DNA of 64,000 nt from Podospora anserina (taxonomy: Eukaryota), in assembly GCA_017654855.1 (NCBI GenBank), contig CM030333.1, forward strand, positions 4,526,001-4,590,000, in the 5' to 3' direction. Made by a program: the position numbers and the translations under genes. The notes below the pieces were generated by a model. It made no database searches. It saw nothing but the letters and a program-made list of their open reading frames with translations, and had not been told where the DNA came from. Below are positions 25,722 to 39,362 of the stretch, one piece after another. Each line of letters starts with the position of its first letter. Within the stretch, counting starts at the first letter, position 1.

Positions 25722-27306
25722 CTAGATCCCTTCTGTCGTCGTGGGCTTGTACATGATCGTGGTCACATACTGGTTGATACATGTCAGCTTACCATCAACA
25801 AAACTCTTATTACTACAAAATAAACATACCTTGCTCTTATACCTCGTCGTCGCTGAAACTGCCAAAATGTTATTCTTGATGCTGCTCGTCGCCAAGTGAT
25901 TCAACACCGTATGGTTCGGCATGTTCAAGACGCTATTGTCGTCCTTGATCAGCGTCGCCGCGTTCAAAATCGGCTTGCCCAAGAAGCCGGGAAGTGCTGG
26001 TGGCATGGGGAGCTTCTCAATCGCCGAGCAGGCAGTATTGTACTGTGGCGCATCCTCCTGCAGATCAAAGTCGAGGAGATATCTTGGGATCTTGTGGGCA
26101 AACAGCTCGGCTGGCGGACAGTCCCTGAAGCTGGCTTTTGGCTGCTGCTGGTTCGACTCCTCTTCCGAGACGGGGTTCTGCGACCTCTCAGTCGTCTGCT
26201 GTCCGTCCTTGGCCGGAGCTCCAGCTGCCGCGGCACCACTACCACTTTCCGCGGCGGAGGGGAGGTCGTCTGGGTTGACTTCGATGTAGTTGACAAGGTT
26301 ATTTCCAAAGTCGACAGTTGTTGGGAGGTCGGGGGATGTCTGCATTTGGCCATCTACCAAGAATCGAATGTGGTGGGTGCCGGGGAGAATGTCGATCGTG
26401 GTCGCAAATACACCTGGCCGTCCCTCGCTGTGTCGAGGAAAATCTTTGTTAGCCTCTTCTTCAGAACCTAAATTCTGCGCTGAACGGGGCCTTCAACAGC
26501 ACTTACACCGGATGTAACCTCGTCTTGCGATTCCACTGAAAGATGGTCCCCGTAACGTAGACCTTGTCACCTCCGCGCTTCCATTCTAACCTCGTGGGCA
26601 CCGTCGGCCTATTCTTGTCCACCAAAAGTCCCTCTGGGTCATCGTCATCCAACACCGAAGCATTGCTGACATTTGACGGGGGGCGCACCAGCCCTTGCGA
26701 ATCCAACTCCTCGACATCCTCCAATGGCTGTCCAATATCGGCAGGCGAGATAATCGGCGAACCGGGCGTGTGAACCTCCTCCTCGATGGGGAGGGGCAGC
26801 CGCGGCGGGCGCGTCATATACGACATATCTTGCAAGCTACTATGCGGCATGACGACGGATTCGTATATGTCTTCGGACCTTGGTGAGCGGGGCGACCTCG
26901 GGGACGAAGGCGAGTTGTGAGAATAAGGGACAGCCACGGGCTTGGCGGGCTCATGCGAGGGGCCGGGTATGCCCTGCTTGACGTCGACGGGCTTCGCAAC
27001 CGTCGTGGAGCGGTCAGCCGTCACCGAGGACGACGGGGTGGAATAACCCGGGGGGGATGCGGCGCGGGGTCGGTGCTGCAGTGATTTTGGCCGGTTGCTG
27101 CTGCTGGACGGTGGCTGGACGGCGGTGCCCTGGGCTTGGGTGAGGGAGGGTTCGGGCGGGGCGGCGAGCCGGTGAGTCTGTACCGGAATCGGATGTTTGT
27201 TATCTCGCCTCACGGGCCGTGGAGACTCATTTTGGCTTCCTGGGGCGTTGGATTGGGAGGATGACGGCTGGCTCGTGGGTTTTGATGTGGAGGGGCTGTT
27301 TCCCAT
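25722..27306 (-). CDS. GAL83: SNF1/AMPK kinase complex beta subunit (GAL83/SIP2 family); exons 27306-26507, 26427-25830, 25769-25722
   Basis: MGNSPS N-terminus, glycogen-binding domain (WKRGGDKVYVTGT..W; THHIRFLVDG) and ASC domain (PNHTVLNHLATSSIK..TRYKSKYVTTIMYKP). Confidence 0.93.
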
Positions 27307-27993
27307 TTTTAATCAACCTTTCTTCTCCGGGCGTGCCTGCTGTCCGATAGCAGCACACGCGAACCGGAAACAAAATCGAAGGGTGGGAGAGCAGTGAAGC
27401 TTGGGCTGGCGGGTACGGGGTGGTGCTGGGTGCTAGGAGGTGCTGGGTCCTAGCGGAGTATTCGCTATGTAACAGAAAAACACAACAGATGGGAGTGCCG
27501 GAGAGCGATAACAAAGGGGAGACTGGCTCAACCTTGACTCCGATACGGTTAAGAAAAGAAGCGGACGACAGAGAATTCGGCCAGTTTCAACCGCGGGTAA
27601 AGCCAATTCAGAAGGTAAATGGTTCAGCAGATGGAGGTGCTGAGGTCCACTGTCTGGGGGTTCAGTCGTTTTTGATGGATCGATAAAGATCCCCCCCCAA
27701 CCAGGTTTCCCCTCGCTCCACCACCGCAAGTCATATGTGGTCCGTGTCACCCATGTCACCCAGAGCCGGGGTCCCAGTCCCTGCCCAGCCAATTGCGCCC
27801 CCACTGGTGGATGTCTTCGTGCATCTTCACCAACTGGTTGCAACTCTCACTTACATACATCCTCTCACTCATCAAAGGCCTTACTTATTCAAAGCTCAGC
27901 ATTCCCAACCAAAGCCCCCGCTCACTTCTACCACCCCCCACTTCACTTCACTTCACTCTCTCTCATCCCATCTCTCATCCCCTCTCATCCAAA

Positions 27994-28416
27994 ATGTCCG
28001 AAAACTACGTCGCCCCCGGCCAACAGCGCTACCTTCGCGCCTGCATGGTCTGCAGCATAGTCATGACCCATCAGCGTTTCCGAGACGAAGGCTGCCCCAA
28101 CTGCGAAGAGTTCCTCCACCTCCAAGGCTCCAGCGAGCAAATCGAGTCCTGCACCTCGTCCGTCTTCGAGGGCCTCATCGCCATCGCCGACCCGACCAAG
28201 TCCTGGATAGCCAAATACAACCGCCTCGACGGCTACGTCCGCGGCACCTACGCCAACAAGGTCCTCGGCCAGCTGCCAGACGAGATCCGCACCATGCTGG
28301 AGGAGGAGTATAGGATTCAGTATATCCCGTAAGTTTGGCGCGCTCTCTCGACTCATCACTGCTATGTGCTAACTGTGCATGACAGGCGCGATGGTAGCGC
28401 TACGGAGGCGGACTGA
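27994..28416 (+). CDS. SPT4: Transcription elongation factor Spt4; exons 27994-28328, 28386-28416
   Basis: [15 protein letters not shown] zinc finger, [10 protein letters not shown], ending [12 protein letters not shown]. Confidence 0.96.
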
Positions 28417-28870
28417 GCAGAGTTATGGTGGTGTGAGTGGTGATGAGATGAAAAAATGTATCATAATAAATGTAGCTGTGTGCGATTGAAGCTTTTTTTC
28501 TTGCATCAATAGCGGGTTGGGAATGGCGCAAAATTTATTAAAACTGGAAGACTTTTGAGATTTCAAGGACGTCTGTTTTGGGTACTCATATGTTTTGGAA
28601 GCTGTTTCGAGGAGCCGCCAATTTCTTGCACCTAAGGCAAGGTCACACTATCATCACGGTATAATCTGGATTCTTGGAGTCATCACCACTATCAACTCAC
28701 ACCAGTAATATATCTAGGTTACCACGCTTTCCCCCCTCCATGATGTTTTATTGTGCTGTTAACCGTCCGACGCCCCGCAGCCATCACAGCCATCCATACG
28801 TGACAGAAAACGCCCACCCGAATCTCTCTTCTCCGCACTATAGAAACCAACCATCGCTAGCATGACACCA

Positions 28871-31672
28871 TTAAGCAGGCTCCTGCCAAGCAACCACATC
28901 CATTACCTGTCCCGCCGCGGGGTGAGTATACCCAATCTTCAAGCGCAACCGCAGAGGCTGTTCACAGGATTGTTAGCAAAGTACTTTTGTACCATGGAAC
29001 GTACAATCACTTACCCCCTTGCAACCCGCTACCCTCATCATTTGTGTGGCCTCAGCACCATGCGCCACATCTGTCGATGAAATGCTGAGTAACTGCAACT
29101 TCTGTGATTTTGGCACAGCAGCCTGCAGCCCAACATTGGAGAGAGGGGCCCCAGACGTGTTCTTGAATCTGGCGATGGCCTGAACTGTGCCTTCCGCGTT
29201 TCTTTGTGTCTGGATAGTCACGTTCAGGCCGTTGTTGTCGTAGCAAGGGTGTCCAACTGGGACAGCAGGAGCAGCGGCCGCCTGTGGTGCTGGGACAGCA
29301 TCCATGGAGAAGAGGGCGGCGCTGGGTGGAGGGGCGGCAGCAGCCGGGCCGGGAGGTGGCGTGGACGTTGGTCCTTGCGAAAAGAGATCCATGATCGAGG
29401 CCACATTGGACTGTACCGGAGCTGGCGAAGAGCTGGTAGGAGCCGGGGCGCTGGCTCCTCCAAGAATATCCGCAAGCAAATCCGCGTTCTGAGTGCCATT
29501 GACTGGCGACGGGGCCGATGGTCCGCTATCGCCCATGAGGTCGAAAAGAAGATCCTCCTCTTTCGGCTTGAGAGACTTGGACTTCCTGTTGTCCGCCTTC
29601 TTCGTCTTCTTCGCCGCTTCGCCAAGTACTCGTGATGATTCCTTGATCTGAGGAGGCGGCATCTTCTCGAGCACACCACGGCGAATGTCGTCGTATGAAA
29701 ACAGGTTGCTGAACTCAACCGCACGTTGTTGCACCTCGACGTCCAAACTTGTCTGGTGGTTTTGCAACAGGCGCCGTATCCGTTCGATCTGTGCTGGCTC
29801 GGAGAACCTGGTCGTGAGTTTGACCAAGGCTGTGATCACATACTCGGTGGTAACCTGAGTACCATAACTGCTGCTAAGAATGGTGGAAAAGAGATCAACG
29901 ATTTCGTGCTCCTTGACCTCCTTGACCAATTCCTCCTCCTCGTACTGACCACCACGGAGCAGAGCATCGCCATACTCACCAATACACCAAGCACCGGCTT
30001 GTGTCAAGCTCTCCTGTGTGATGTCCTTTTTGAGATTCGCGTAAAGCTTTTGTACGGCATACGTCTGAAGCTCAGGGGTTGTGGCGATAAGACGAACGAA
30101 GGACGACAAGATCGGCTCCTTCACGTAATTGCCCGCCAAGCTCAGCACGCGCAACATGGTATCGAATTGCCACCTCTTGTTTGGTGCATAACGGTCCGCA
30201 GCGACGCCAATTTGGGTGGTCATGGTTGGCTTAAACTCGTTATCGGCCACCTCCAAGAATGCCAACAGTTCCCTAATCAGAACCCGAACATTGCTCTCGT
30301 TGATGAGGGTAAAGCTGAGGTCCAAGGCTCTTCTCCTGATGCTGATATCGGGATCCCTCAGACACTCCAAAATAGTATTCCGATGTCTTTGTACGGCGTT
30401 AGTATCGATGGCCACCACCTTGACCAAGGTGTTCAGCGCGACGTAGCGAATGTTGTTATCCTTGTTCGTCAAGAACTTGCCCAGAATATTCACACCCAGA
30501 ACACGCAAGCCAGAGTCCGCCTCGATATCCAGAATCGTCCGTACCGCCTCGTAGAGAATCGAGTTTCCAACATTCTTGGAAGAGTCGGTGTTGGTCGCGA
30601 CCTGCGCGAGAATATCGTTGATCTGTTCTGTTACCTGGGCATCATTGCGGGCCAAAACACGAAGCAACCGCAGAAGCTTGACCTGCAAGAAGGGGTCTGT
30701 AATTCCAGTGACGTCGTGCTCAGGGGCATATCCCGAGGATGCCAGCCCCTTCAGAATCCTCACGAGAGCAGGGACGAACTGCTTGAACTTGTCGACAATT
30801 CCCTCCTCACCGCCCTCGGCTTCGTCGGCCTCGCAAAGACTGTTGACCAAGGTCAGGCCGCAGAGCAGCACGCCGTGATTCCTATCGGACAGAAGCTGGC
30901 TCGCCTTTTCGATAAAGTGTTCTTGTAGGTCTGGTACTTTTCGACAAATCCGCATGGTGCAGAGGGCTGCTTTTCGTCGAATATAGGGGTTCGCGGTGGA
31001 TATCAGGTTCTCGATCTGACTGAACAAATCTCTCGACATTTCGACCGAGGCGATGTTTCCGAGAGTACACAAGGCAAGACCGACCACGTATTGATTAGAA
31101 TGTTGCAGGTCACTAGTACCATCGAGTCAGTTGGTTGTAGGGTTCTCTGCCAGAGCAAATGGACGCACTTTTGGAGAGAGTTGGTGACCAAGGTGAGAAC
31201 CTCCTGGTTCTCGTCCAGCAGCAAACTTGTTGCCAAATGCCCTAACCGCTTGTCGGCGAAACGAGGTGATGCGAGAAGCTTCAAGCACTCAATCTGGCCG
31301 AAATGAGTGCGCTCGCCAAGCGTGAAGAGGTAGAGTAGCTTGGCCACATTGTTCCGCCTGTACCGTTCCTACTATCAGCACACACACTGCCCAACCCAGA
31401 CTGTCTGTCTCCAGGGGTCGATGATATATGTACCTGACACCGTGGTCTGCGCTCTCTTCCCTGAAGCTGGCACGGATGGATGCGCTTTCTTTCTGAATGA
31501 CGGCTCTTTCGTCGGCGATGGTCTTCGCGGCGCGTACGTTGCGGATGAACTGCTTGACTGTGGGGTTGCAGGCACGTCAGTAACTCCCGATACGGCTGGC
31601 TGGCTGGCGATACATTGGCGCAGATGTAGGTAGGCAAAGGGAATGGCGGGCATTAAACTCACGGGAGCTCAT
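28871..31672 (-). CDS. APL4: AP-1 adaptor complex gamma subunit; exons 31672-31663, 31557-31434, 31357-31169, 31112-29015, 28957-28871
   Basis: [39 protein letters not shown], adaptin-N trunk and a C-terminal ear domain ([23 protein letters not shown]). Confidence 0.96.
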
Positions 31673-32802
31673 GGTGACTTTATTAGGGCCCTCGTAGGGG
31701 CCTAGGGGAGAATTCGGTCCAGAATTGAGAGCGGGAGGTTTGGAGGAGGTTGTTCGTGTGTTCGCTAGTTGCAGACCGTTGCCGCATTACCAGATGGTCT
31801 CTCACAGCGATGTGGCTCTGCGTGCTGTCCGCTGGAGGTTCAGGGTGGCAGCTGTCGGACCCTTGTCCCATTCGGTGCCTCAGGCAGCGTCCATTGCGAT
31901 TGGCGTCTGTTCCAGACCCTGAGGGTTCAAAGTGGGTCGCTTCCCCCTTTCAATAATCTCGACACTTGCCATTGAAAGAGGCCTGCAAAGCATAGGTGCA
32001 ATGGAGGGTTTCAAGATGGAGAGATGAAATTCTGTAGAGAACCAAAAGTCCCCGTCAGAATTGCTGTCGTTGTGTGTGCTCGCTGAGGCTATCTCACCAT
32101 GGCTTCAGGTCTCTCACTCTTCCAAGGAACCTGAAAAAGGGGTAAAATAGGGGCTGCAGGCAAGCACACCCTGACTGACCCTTTGTCAACTAATGGACTT
32201 TTTCGACTCTTGCAAGAGTCTAATTCATATCATACAGCTGATTGCGGTTGAAATCAGACTTTGAACGACGTCTATGTAAGGTCAAGATAATCTTTTGGTC
32301 ATTGTTTAGGCGCTCAGTTTTACCCTTTGAGTCATGACCGAAAGAAGGGCTGAACCAGACAAACACTGAGTGTTGCTTTCAATTTCTCACGATACGTGGG
32401 TTGATATCTCAAACTCATTTCATACGAAGAGCAACCGCTGCAACGTGCGGCTATCCAGAGCAATAAACCATTACAACTGTTGCTCTCAATCGATTAATCC
32501 CTTTGCGGAACAATATCCAAGCGATTATGGAGTGCATACCAAATGCAAGGCCGTTGAATGTAGATTAACTCGACCCGACTGACCGTTTAACCTCTGACAC
32601 AAGCCACGAACCAGCCAATATCAAACCCAAAATTCTCTTCACTTCATTACATCTCTCGCCTCCCACAAATAAGAAAGCTCCTAGATATTCTCATCCCTCC
32701 GACCTCAATCTCACACCAACTCACCACATACATATTTCTCAACCATCCACCTCAACCTCCACCAAACCCACCCTAAAGCATCCTCTAGAGCCAACAACCA
32801 AA

Positions 32803-33125
32803 ATGGAACCACCACAACATCCCAAACCAATCCGATTGTAAACCCCTTTCCCCCCTCCCCGTCCCCATGCTCCCCATCCATCTAACAACCTCTCAGTCCC
32901 CGCTCCAAAAGAATTCTCCTCCTCGCCTTCGCCGCAACAGCAGCCTTCCTCCCCCGACCCTCCTCCTTCGGCTCCGGCGGCGGCGGCGGCCCAACATGCG
33001 GCATGGACGCAGTCATGATCCCCACCGCCATCCGCCTCCGCGAGAGCATCAAAGAACGAGCTGGCGGGACTCGCAGCATCCCACGACCGCCCCTGTATCT
33101 CACCCGATCGACAACAAAAGCTTAA
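32803..33125 (+). CDS. Putative small spliced protein (87 aa, one hydrophobic segment); exons 32803-32837, 32897-33125
   Basis: CAAAATGG start context after a C/A-rich leader. Intron GTAAAC..CTAAC..CAG. Product MEPPQHPKPIRFPRSKRILLLAFAATAAFLPRPSSFGSGGGGG...TKA*. No recognised homology. Confidence 0.45.
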
Positions 33126-34251
33126 GAAACTGATCATCAACTTTCGACCAAAAGAGACTTTGCAACACTTGTTCAAAAGTCTCACAACAAAAATGCCAGA
33201 GAGACACTGAACAAAAACAACGTGTTGCTTCCCTCTCGGAAAGGTCATCGAGTAAAATTCTGAAAAAGGAGGAATGAAGTTATTGCCTGGGCTTACACAA
33301 CCAGCTGGTAACGGAGGAGGATGGGAAGAACTACACGTAAAGAAAGAAATCACTGGAAAAATCACACCTACTACAACACTCGACATAGAATAATTACACC
33401 CAACCCACCTCACCTCACCTCTCGCATCACATCGGGCATCATCTACACATCCTCCCCTTTGTTCCTCTACCTTAGCCAGCCCTATAGGGCTGAGCCTCGT
33501 TTTCGGCTTCCCTAGTACATAGTATCGTCCAGCACTGCCACAATCATCATGCACGAGCGGGAGGAGGCGGATGCTTCCTTGGGGGACCAAGATTATTATA
33601 TACTAGCGGCTGGCTCGGCAAAAATGACGTTAATGGTCAGCTTATTATTCCCCCCTCTCTTCATTGCTTGTGTCACTTGTCTTGTTCCTGTGTAACTTTG
33701 GGCAATTGGGTACACACACAAGTCTATTCCCTTCTAAAACAGGCTTCTCATTATCAACCCTACACTAAGAATATCCCGCTGGACAAAAAGAACATCGCGC
33801 TGAAGTCGAAAAGGCAAAGAGTCGTCAAGACACAAACAACGAGGCGGTGGTCAGCTCCCGACCTTGAATAGCCAACAAAAACAGACTAACCCCCTCGACC
33901 CAGAAGGCAGGCCCAGAAGTCTTTTGTGTTTGCTGAATGATTCCCACCCCTTCAATCATCAATCACCACCTTCACTGTTTGATGCTTGGTGTTGGCGTAC
34001 CCCACTGACCCCTGAAACCCCCCGGAAAAGGGGAGCATCCATAGGGTGGAGATGGCGTCAAGCATGATGCCCAATAGAGAACAGGGGAATCCCTTGCGAT
34101 TGATGTTTGATATCAAACCTCTGGCGATAAAACCCTACCCGACGCTGACCGGGGCAGACCCATCCAGAATGAAGTAGAAAGAAAAATCCGAAACATTAGA
34201 CGCAGGTTTTCGTAAGACGGGACGTTAAATGCAAATTGGCTGCTTCGGAGT

Positions 34252-35231
<980 letters not shown>

Positions 35232-35865
35232 CTTGATGTGTTTGTAGTGAACGAAAATTGGTTATGGATGCGTGGAAGCGATTCTGAAGGGATCTGATCT
35301 GGCAGCAGCGGTGTTTGCAGAAGGCCAAAGAACGAAGTGTAGCGTCTCGGCGAGCTGATGGAGTCGTCGTGAGGGTCAGATTAAATGAGACGCAAGCTTT
35401 CGAGAAGGGATGCGGGGCCCCCCCTTCTGGAGAGGCGCCCGGGCCTCCAGCGGGCCTGCATTGCTGCCTTCTCCTGGGTGCGCGCAACTGCCAAGGCACC
35501 ACGCCGCCTTCTGTTGGCGTTGGCAGCTCCACCGTCACTGTCAGCCATGTTCCATAAGGCCCACAGGTGCTGGCAGCTGACGGCCGCCCTTCCCCCAAGG
35601 CTGTTCCAGCTCTCCAGCGCGCCAGCCAAGGGGTCCCAGCCGGACCTCTCACTGCGCCTCCTGCAATTGGCAATTGTGTCTGCTTCCAGTTGGCGTCATC
35701 TTCCAGAGAGCGAGCGAGTAGCCGGAGCGCATTACGACGGTGATTTACGATGTGATGTCGCAACATCCACATTTGCGGCAACATACACCACAAGACGGCC
35801 CCTCACTCCTTTACAACTTCCCATAGCGAATTGAAGGGACCACTTCTACCCTTCCTGCGTCCGCC

Positions 35866-37057
35866 ATGTGGCGAGACCGCACAAATCTGTAGGTGGCAGC
35901 TTGCCAGTTCGTTCTGTTTGGAAAGACGTGAGCTAACGTGTCTGATCCAGCTACATTTCGTACCGGCAGTCCTACGCCCACCACCCGGCACAACGAAATC
36001 GATATGGGCCATCCACCGTGGGCGAGCGCTTCGGCGGAAGCAGCGGCGCAAGCACCGGAGTGCTCTTCTCGGCAGACGAGGACCGCAGGGGGCTGTTATC
36101 TGCCGGAGCGTACGATGTGGACGATGGCGATGCCGTGATCGAAATGGACTTGCTTCCCCCACGATGGGCCGACGTGTCAGACGAAGTCAGCGAGATCTTG
36201 GCCGATATTGCGCAAAAGAGCCAGAAGCTGGAACGGCTGCATCAGAAACATGTGCTGCCGGGGTTCAACGACGAGGACACCAAAAAGGCCGAGGAAAGAG
36301 AGATTGAGAAGTTGACGCAGGCCATCACGAAGGGATTTCACGACTGCCACGGATGCATACAACGGATAGAGCAGATGGTTCGTGAGGGCAAACAGACGGG
36401 CCAGATGAGCAAGGCCGACGAGACTATGGCCAAGAATATCCAGGTGAACTTGGCCACCAGGGTGCAGGAAGCGAGTTCGTTGTTTAGGAAGAAACAGAGC
36501 AATTATCTGAAGAGTAAGAATGCACCCAAATTGTCAAGTATGGAGCGCGGATGCTGACTTTCTTTGCAGAACTCAAGGGCATGTCTGGACTGATAAGCCC
36601 GATGGACCAAACGTCGACATCATTAAGTGGGGGTGAACCATCTCTTATGGAATCTGATGCGGATAGAACTTATTCGCAAGCTACACTGCAGGCAGCTACA
36701 CACCAGAAACTTCTCCACTCAAACGACGCTGCCATTGCGCAACGCGAGCGAGAGATTGAGGAGATCGCACAGGGCATCATCGACTTGGCGAATTTGTTCC
36801 GCGATTTACAAACGATGGTCATTGACCAGGGCACCATGCTGGATAGGATAGACTACAATGTCGAGTCCATGTCGAGCGACGTGAAAGAAGCTGCCAAGGA
36901 GCTCCAAGTTGCAGAAGGATATCAGAAGAAGACGATCAAGCGGAAGATCATCTTACTTCTGTTGCTTCTAATCGCCGCGGTAATCATATTGCTGGTCATC
37001 AAGCCCAAGAACCACGGGGGCTCACCACCCAGCCCCCCACCAAGCGAGGACCATTAG
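35866..37057 (+). CDS. TLG2: Syntaxin-like t-SNARE Tlg2; exons 35866-35888, 35951-36513, 36570-37057
   Basis: MWRDRTNLYISYRQS N-peptide, LPPRW, SNARE motif (VIDQGTMLDRIDYNVE) and C-terminal TM helix. Confidence 0.96.
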
Positions 37058-37815
37058 AGGGATCACAATACACACTTGGCACGGCGCATATTTGGAGGGT
37101 TTGTTTGACTAGTGTAGAAGGGAGGCTTCCAAGGACTAGAAGAATGCTCCCAGACTGGAGCAAAGAGCGCAAATGCTTTTGTACCACCTAATTGAGATAT
37201 GTATGATATTTAATACCTATATGCCACTGCCTTTCTCCTTCTTTAAAAGTGGACCCGACAGGGTTGAAGCTTCACAAGCAAAAGGAGGAGCCTGGCTGGA
37301 GAAAACGACGTAGTCTCCTGTTGAAAACGGCCGTAGCCGCATTTGGCACCAACGTTGAAAATCATACAAAAACACCAAGTGGCAGGCCGCCTGCACAACC
37401 ACACACATTTGCAAGGCCTCTTTAGCTCCAATCTGCACCTGGTTTGGCACGTTTTGGTGGACTTTTGACCTGGAATTCAATGCCATAGATGTTTTGATAT
37501 GCATCGTGGCCATCGAAGGTGTTGAATAATGGCTCGCGTTGGTGCGGTTGCAACTTAGACGGCACCCAGTTACAACCACCACTCACCAGCCAATTGAATA
37601 GCCGACCAATTTAACCAACTAAGGCCACACCGGTCGTACAATTCAATTGCGGGCCGAAGCCAGTGAGGTGCTCGCTGTTGTGGTGGGAGGCCGTTGAAAT
37701 ATTTGTCGGATGGGTCTGCACGAAAACACCCCGTTTTTTGGTGCGTTTTCACCATTTTTTGATGTTGAGTCAATATTGGTTCTATATGGCTAGCGTCGTT
37801 TTCAACAGGAGACTA

Positions 37816-39108
37816 CTGTGGTTACGTACAAAAGTTTTGCCCCCTTGTCAAGTACCGCCCAGGGCCTTGTTTTTTTGGCTAGGCCAACTTCGGCCAAAAT
37901 TCTACCGCAATTTCCTCCAGACCAGTATTTTCCACCTTTCAACACCACTTAGCCAGCCAGCCAGCACCACAATGGCTCCCAATCGCCACCTTACTACTGA
38001 AGAGCGTCAACGAATTCGTACCCTTTATTTCGACGGCCACCTTAGCCAACCCCGAATTCAAGAAACCACTGGTTATACGAAATACCAAATCCGCCATGCG
38101 ATACGAGCCCCGGCGGCCGAGGTCGCCCCACGATCTGGCCGACCACGCGTTATTACGGCCGATCAAGAGCTCGAGCTTATTCGGTATGTGTGTGAATCAA
38201 AGGCACACCGTCGGATGAGCTTCCTGGAGCTTTCTATTGCCCTTTTCAACTCCCTTCTTAACTGGATTACGATTCGCAACGCCCTTTACCGCCACGGATT
38301 TCGCCGTCGAGTTGCTCGGAAGAAGCCTCCTATTTCAGAAGCCAACCAGCAAAAGCGACTGGCCTGGGCTATAGAACATAAAGACTGGACTCTCGAACAA
38401 TGGCGTACAATCCTTTGGAGTGACGAAACCTGGGTAGTTGGTGGTCCTCACCGTAAGCAGTATGTTACACGCCGAATCGACGAGGAATGGGACCCTACTT
38501 GTATCGTTGAAAAGCACCAGAGAAAAGGAGGGTGGATGTTCTGGGGCTGCTTTTACGGCTCAACTAAAGGCCCTGGTATCTTCTGGGAAAAGGAATGGGG
38601 ATCGATCAATGAGTATTCTTACCGAAAGAATATCCTTCCTAACGTCCACGAATTTATTGACGATACCTTCGAGCAACACCATTTACAGCTTTCTTTTATG
38701 CAGGACGGCGCACCTGGCCATCGAGCGGCCGGTACGAAGAAGGATCTTGAGAATAGGAAGATTAGAGTAGTTGATTGGCCTCCTTTTTCCCCAGATTTAA
38801 ACCCTATTGAATCCTGTTGGAATTGGATGAAGGATTATATTGAGGATAAATACGGCCTTGAGGAGAAGCCGTCGTACGCGAAGTTGAAGAGGTACGTGGA
38901 GGAGGCCTGGCAAGAGCTTCCGAATCTTACCTTCAAACGCTGTTGGATTCGATGCCCAGTCGGTGTGAGGCAGTAATTGCAGCGAATGGTATGCATACAA
39001 AATACTAGCTATAGATATGGTGATTATTTTGTAGAATACAATCGTCAGGGTGGACCTTGACTAGCGCGAGTACTTGACAAGAAGGCAAAACTTACCCCTG
39101 CACCACAG
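37816..39108 (+). mobile_element. Tc1-family (DD34E) DNA transposon, 1293 bp, TA target-site duplication (TSD)
   Basis: Imperfect ~40-bp TIRs CTGTGGT..AAGTTTTGCC..CTTGTCAAGTAC at 37816-37855 and 39070-39108. TA at 37814-37815 and 39109-39110. Internal transposase. Confidence 0.93.
37972..39008 (+). pseudogene. Tc1 transposase with a 1-nt frameshift near the C-terminus (~38920)
   Basis: HTH region, SGRPR, WSDE...QDGAPGH-x-SPDLNPIE (D34E). The typical C-terminus ESYLQTLLDSMPSRCEAVIAANGMHTKY* lies in the -1 frame after CTTCCGAA. Confidence 0.85.
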
Positions 39109-39362
39109 TACGTCGTTTTCTCCAGCCCGGGCTCCAAAAGAAGGGGCTCGCAGCCGAACAATCTGCTTAGTAAACCCGGAAGCACAGACCACACCTTCCC
39201 CGGTTGCAGCCCGCTTTGCTCCGTCATTCCGCTGCCCCAAGCTTTCGAACCTCTTGCTGACCACCCGAATCAATTGAACATCAGCTTTGTTTGTTGTCGC
39301 CGACGCGAACCGCAAAAAAACACCAACCGCACTTTTTCAAATCTCCGCTCACTTTTCTCACA

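Larger units (their letters stand above)
37288..39134. mobile_element. Non-autonomous Mutator-like/MITE element (~552 bp without the nested insert), interrupted by a Tc1 insertion
   Basis: Left end GAGCCTGGCTGGAGAAAACGACGTAGTCTCCTGTTGAAAACG matches the reverse complement of the reconstituted right end (37797-37815 plus 39111-39134). Flanked by 9-bp direct repeats CAAAAGGAG (37279-37287) and CAAAAGAAG (39135-39143). Confidence 0.8.

Noticed and set aside
29726-30928. 400-aa plus-strand ORF
   Set aside because: Antisense shadow of the AP-1 gamma CDS, caused by codon bias.
37055-37108. TLG2 TAG in editing-favourable context
   Set aside because: Only 16 codons to the next stop, indistinguishable from chance.
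37663-37971. N-terminal 103 aa of the 437-aa transposase ORF
   Set aside because: Extends through and beyond the Tc1 left TIR into the host MITE. The true start is ATG 37972.
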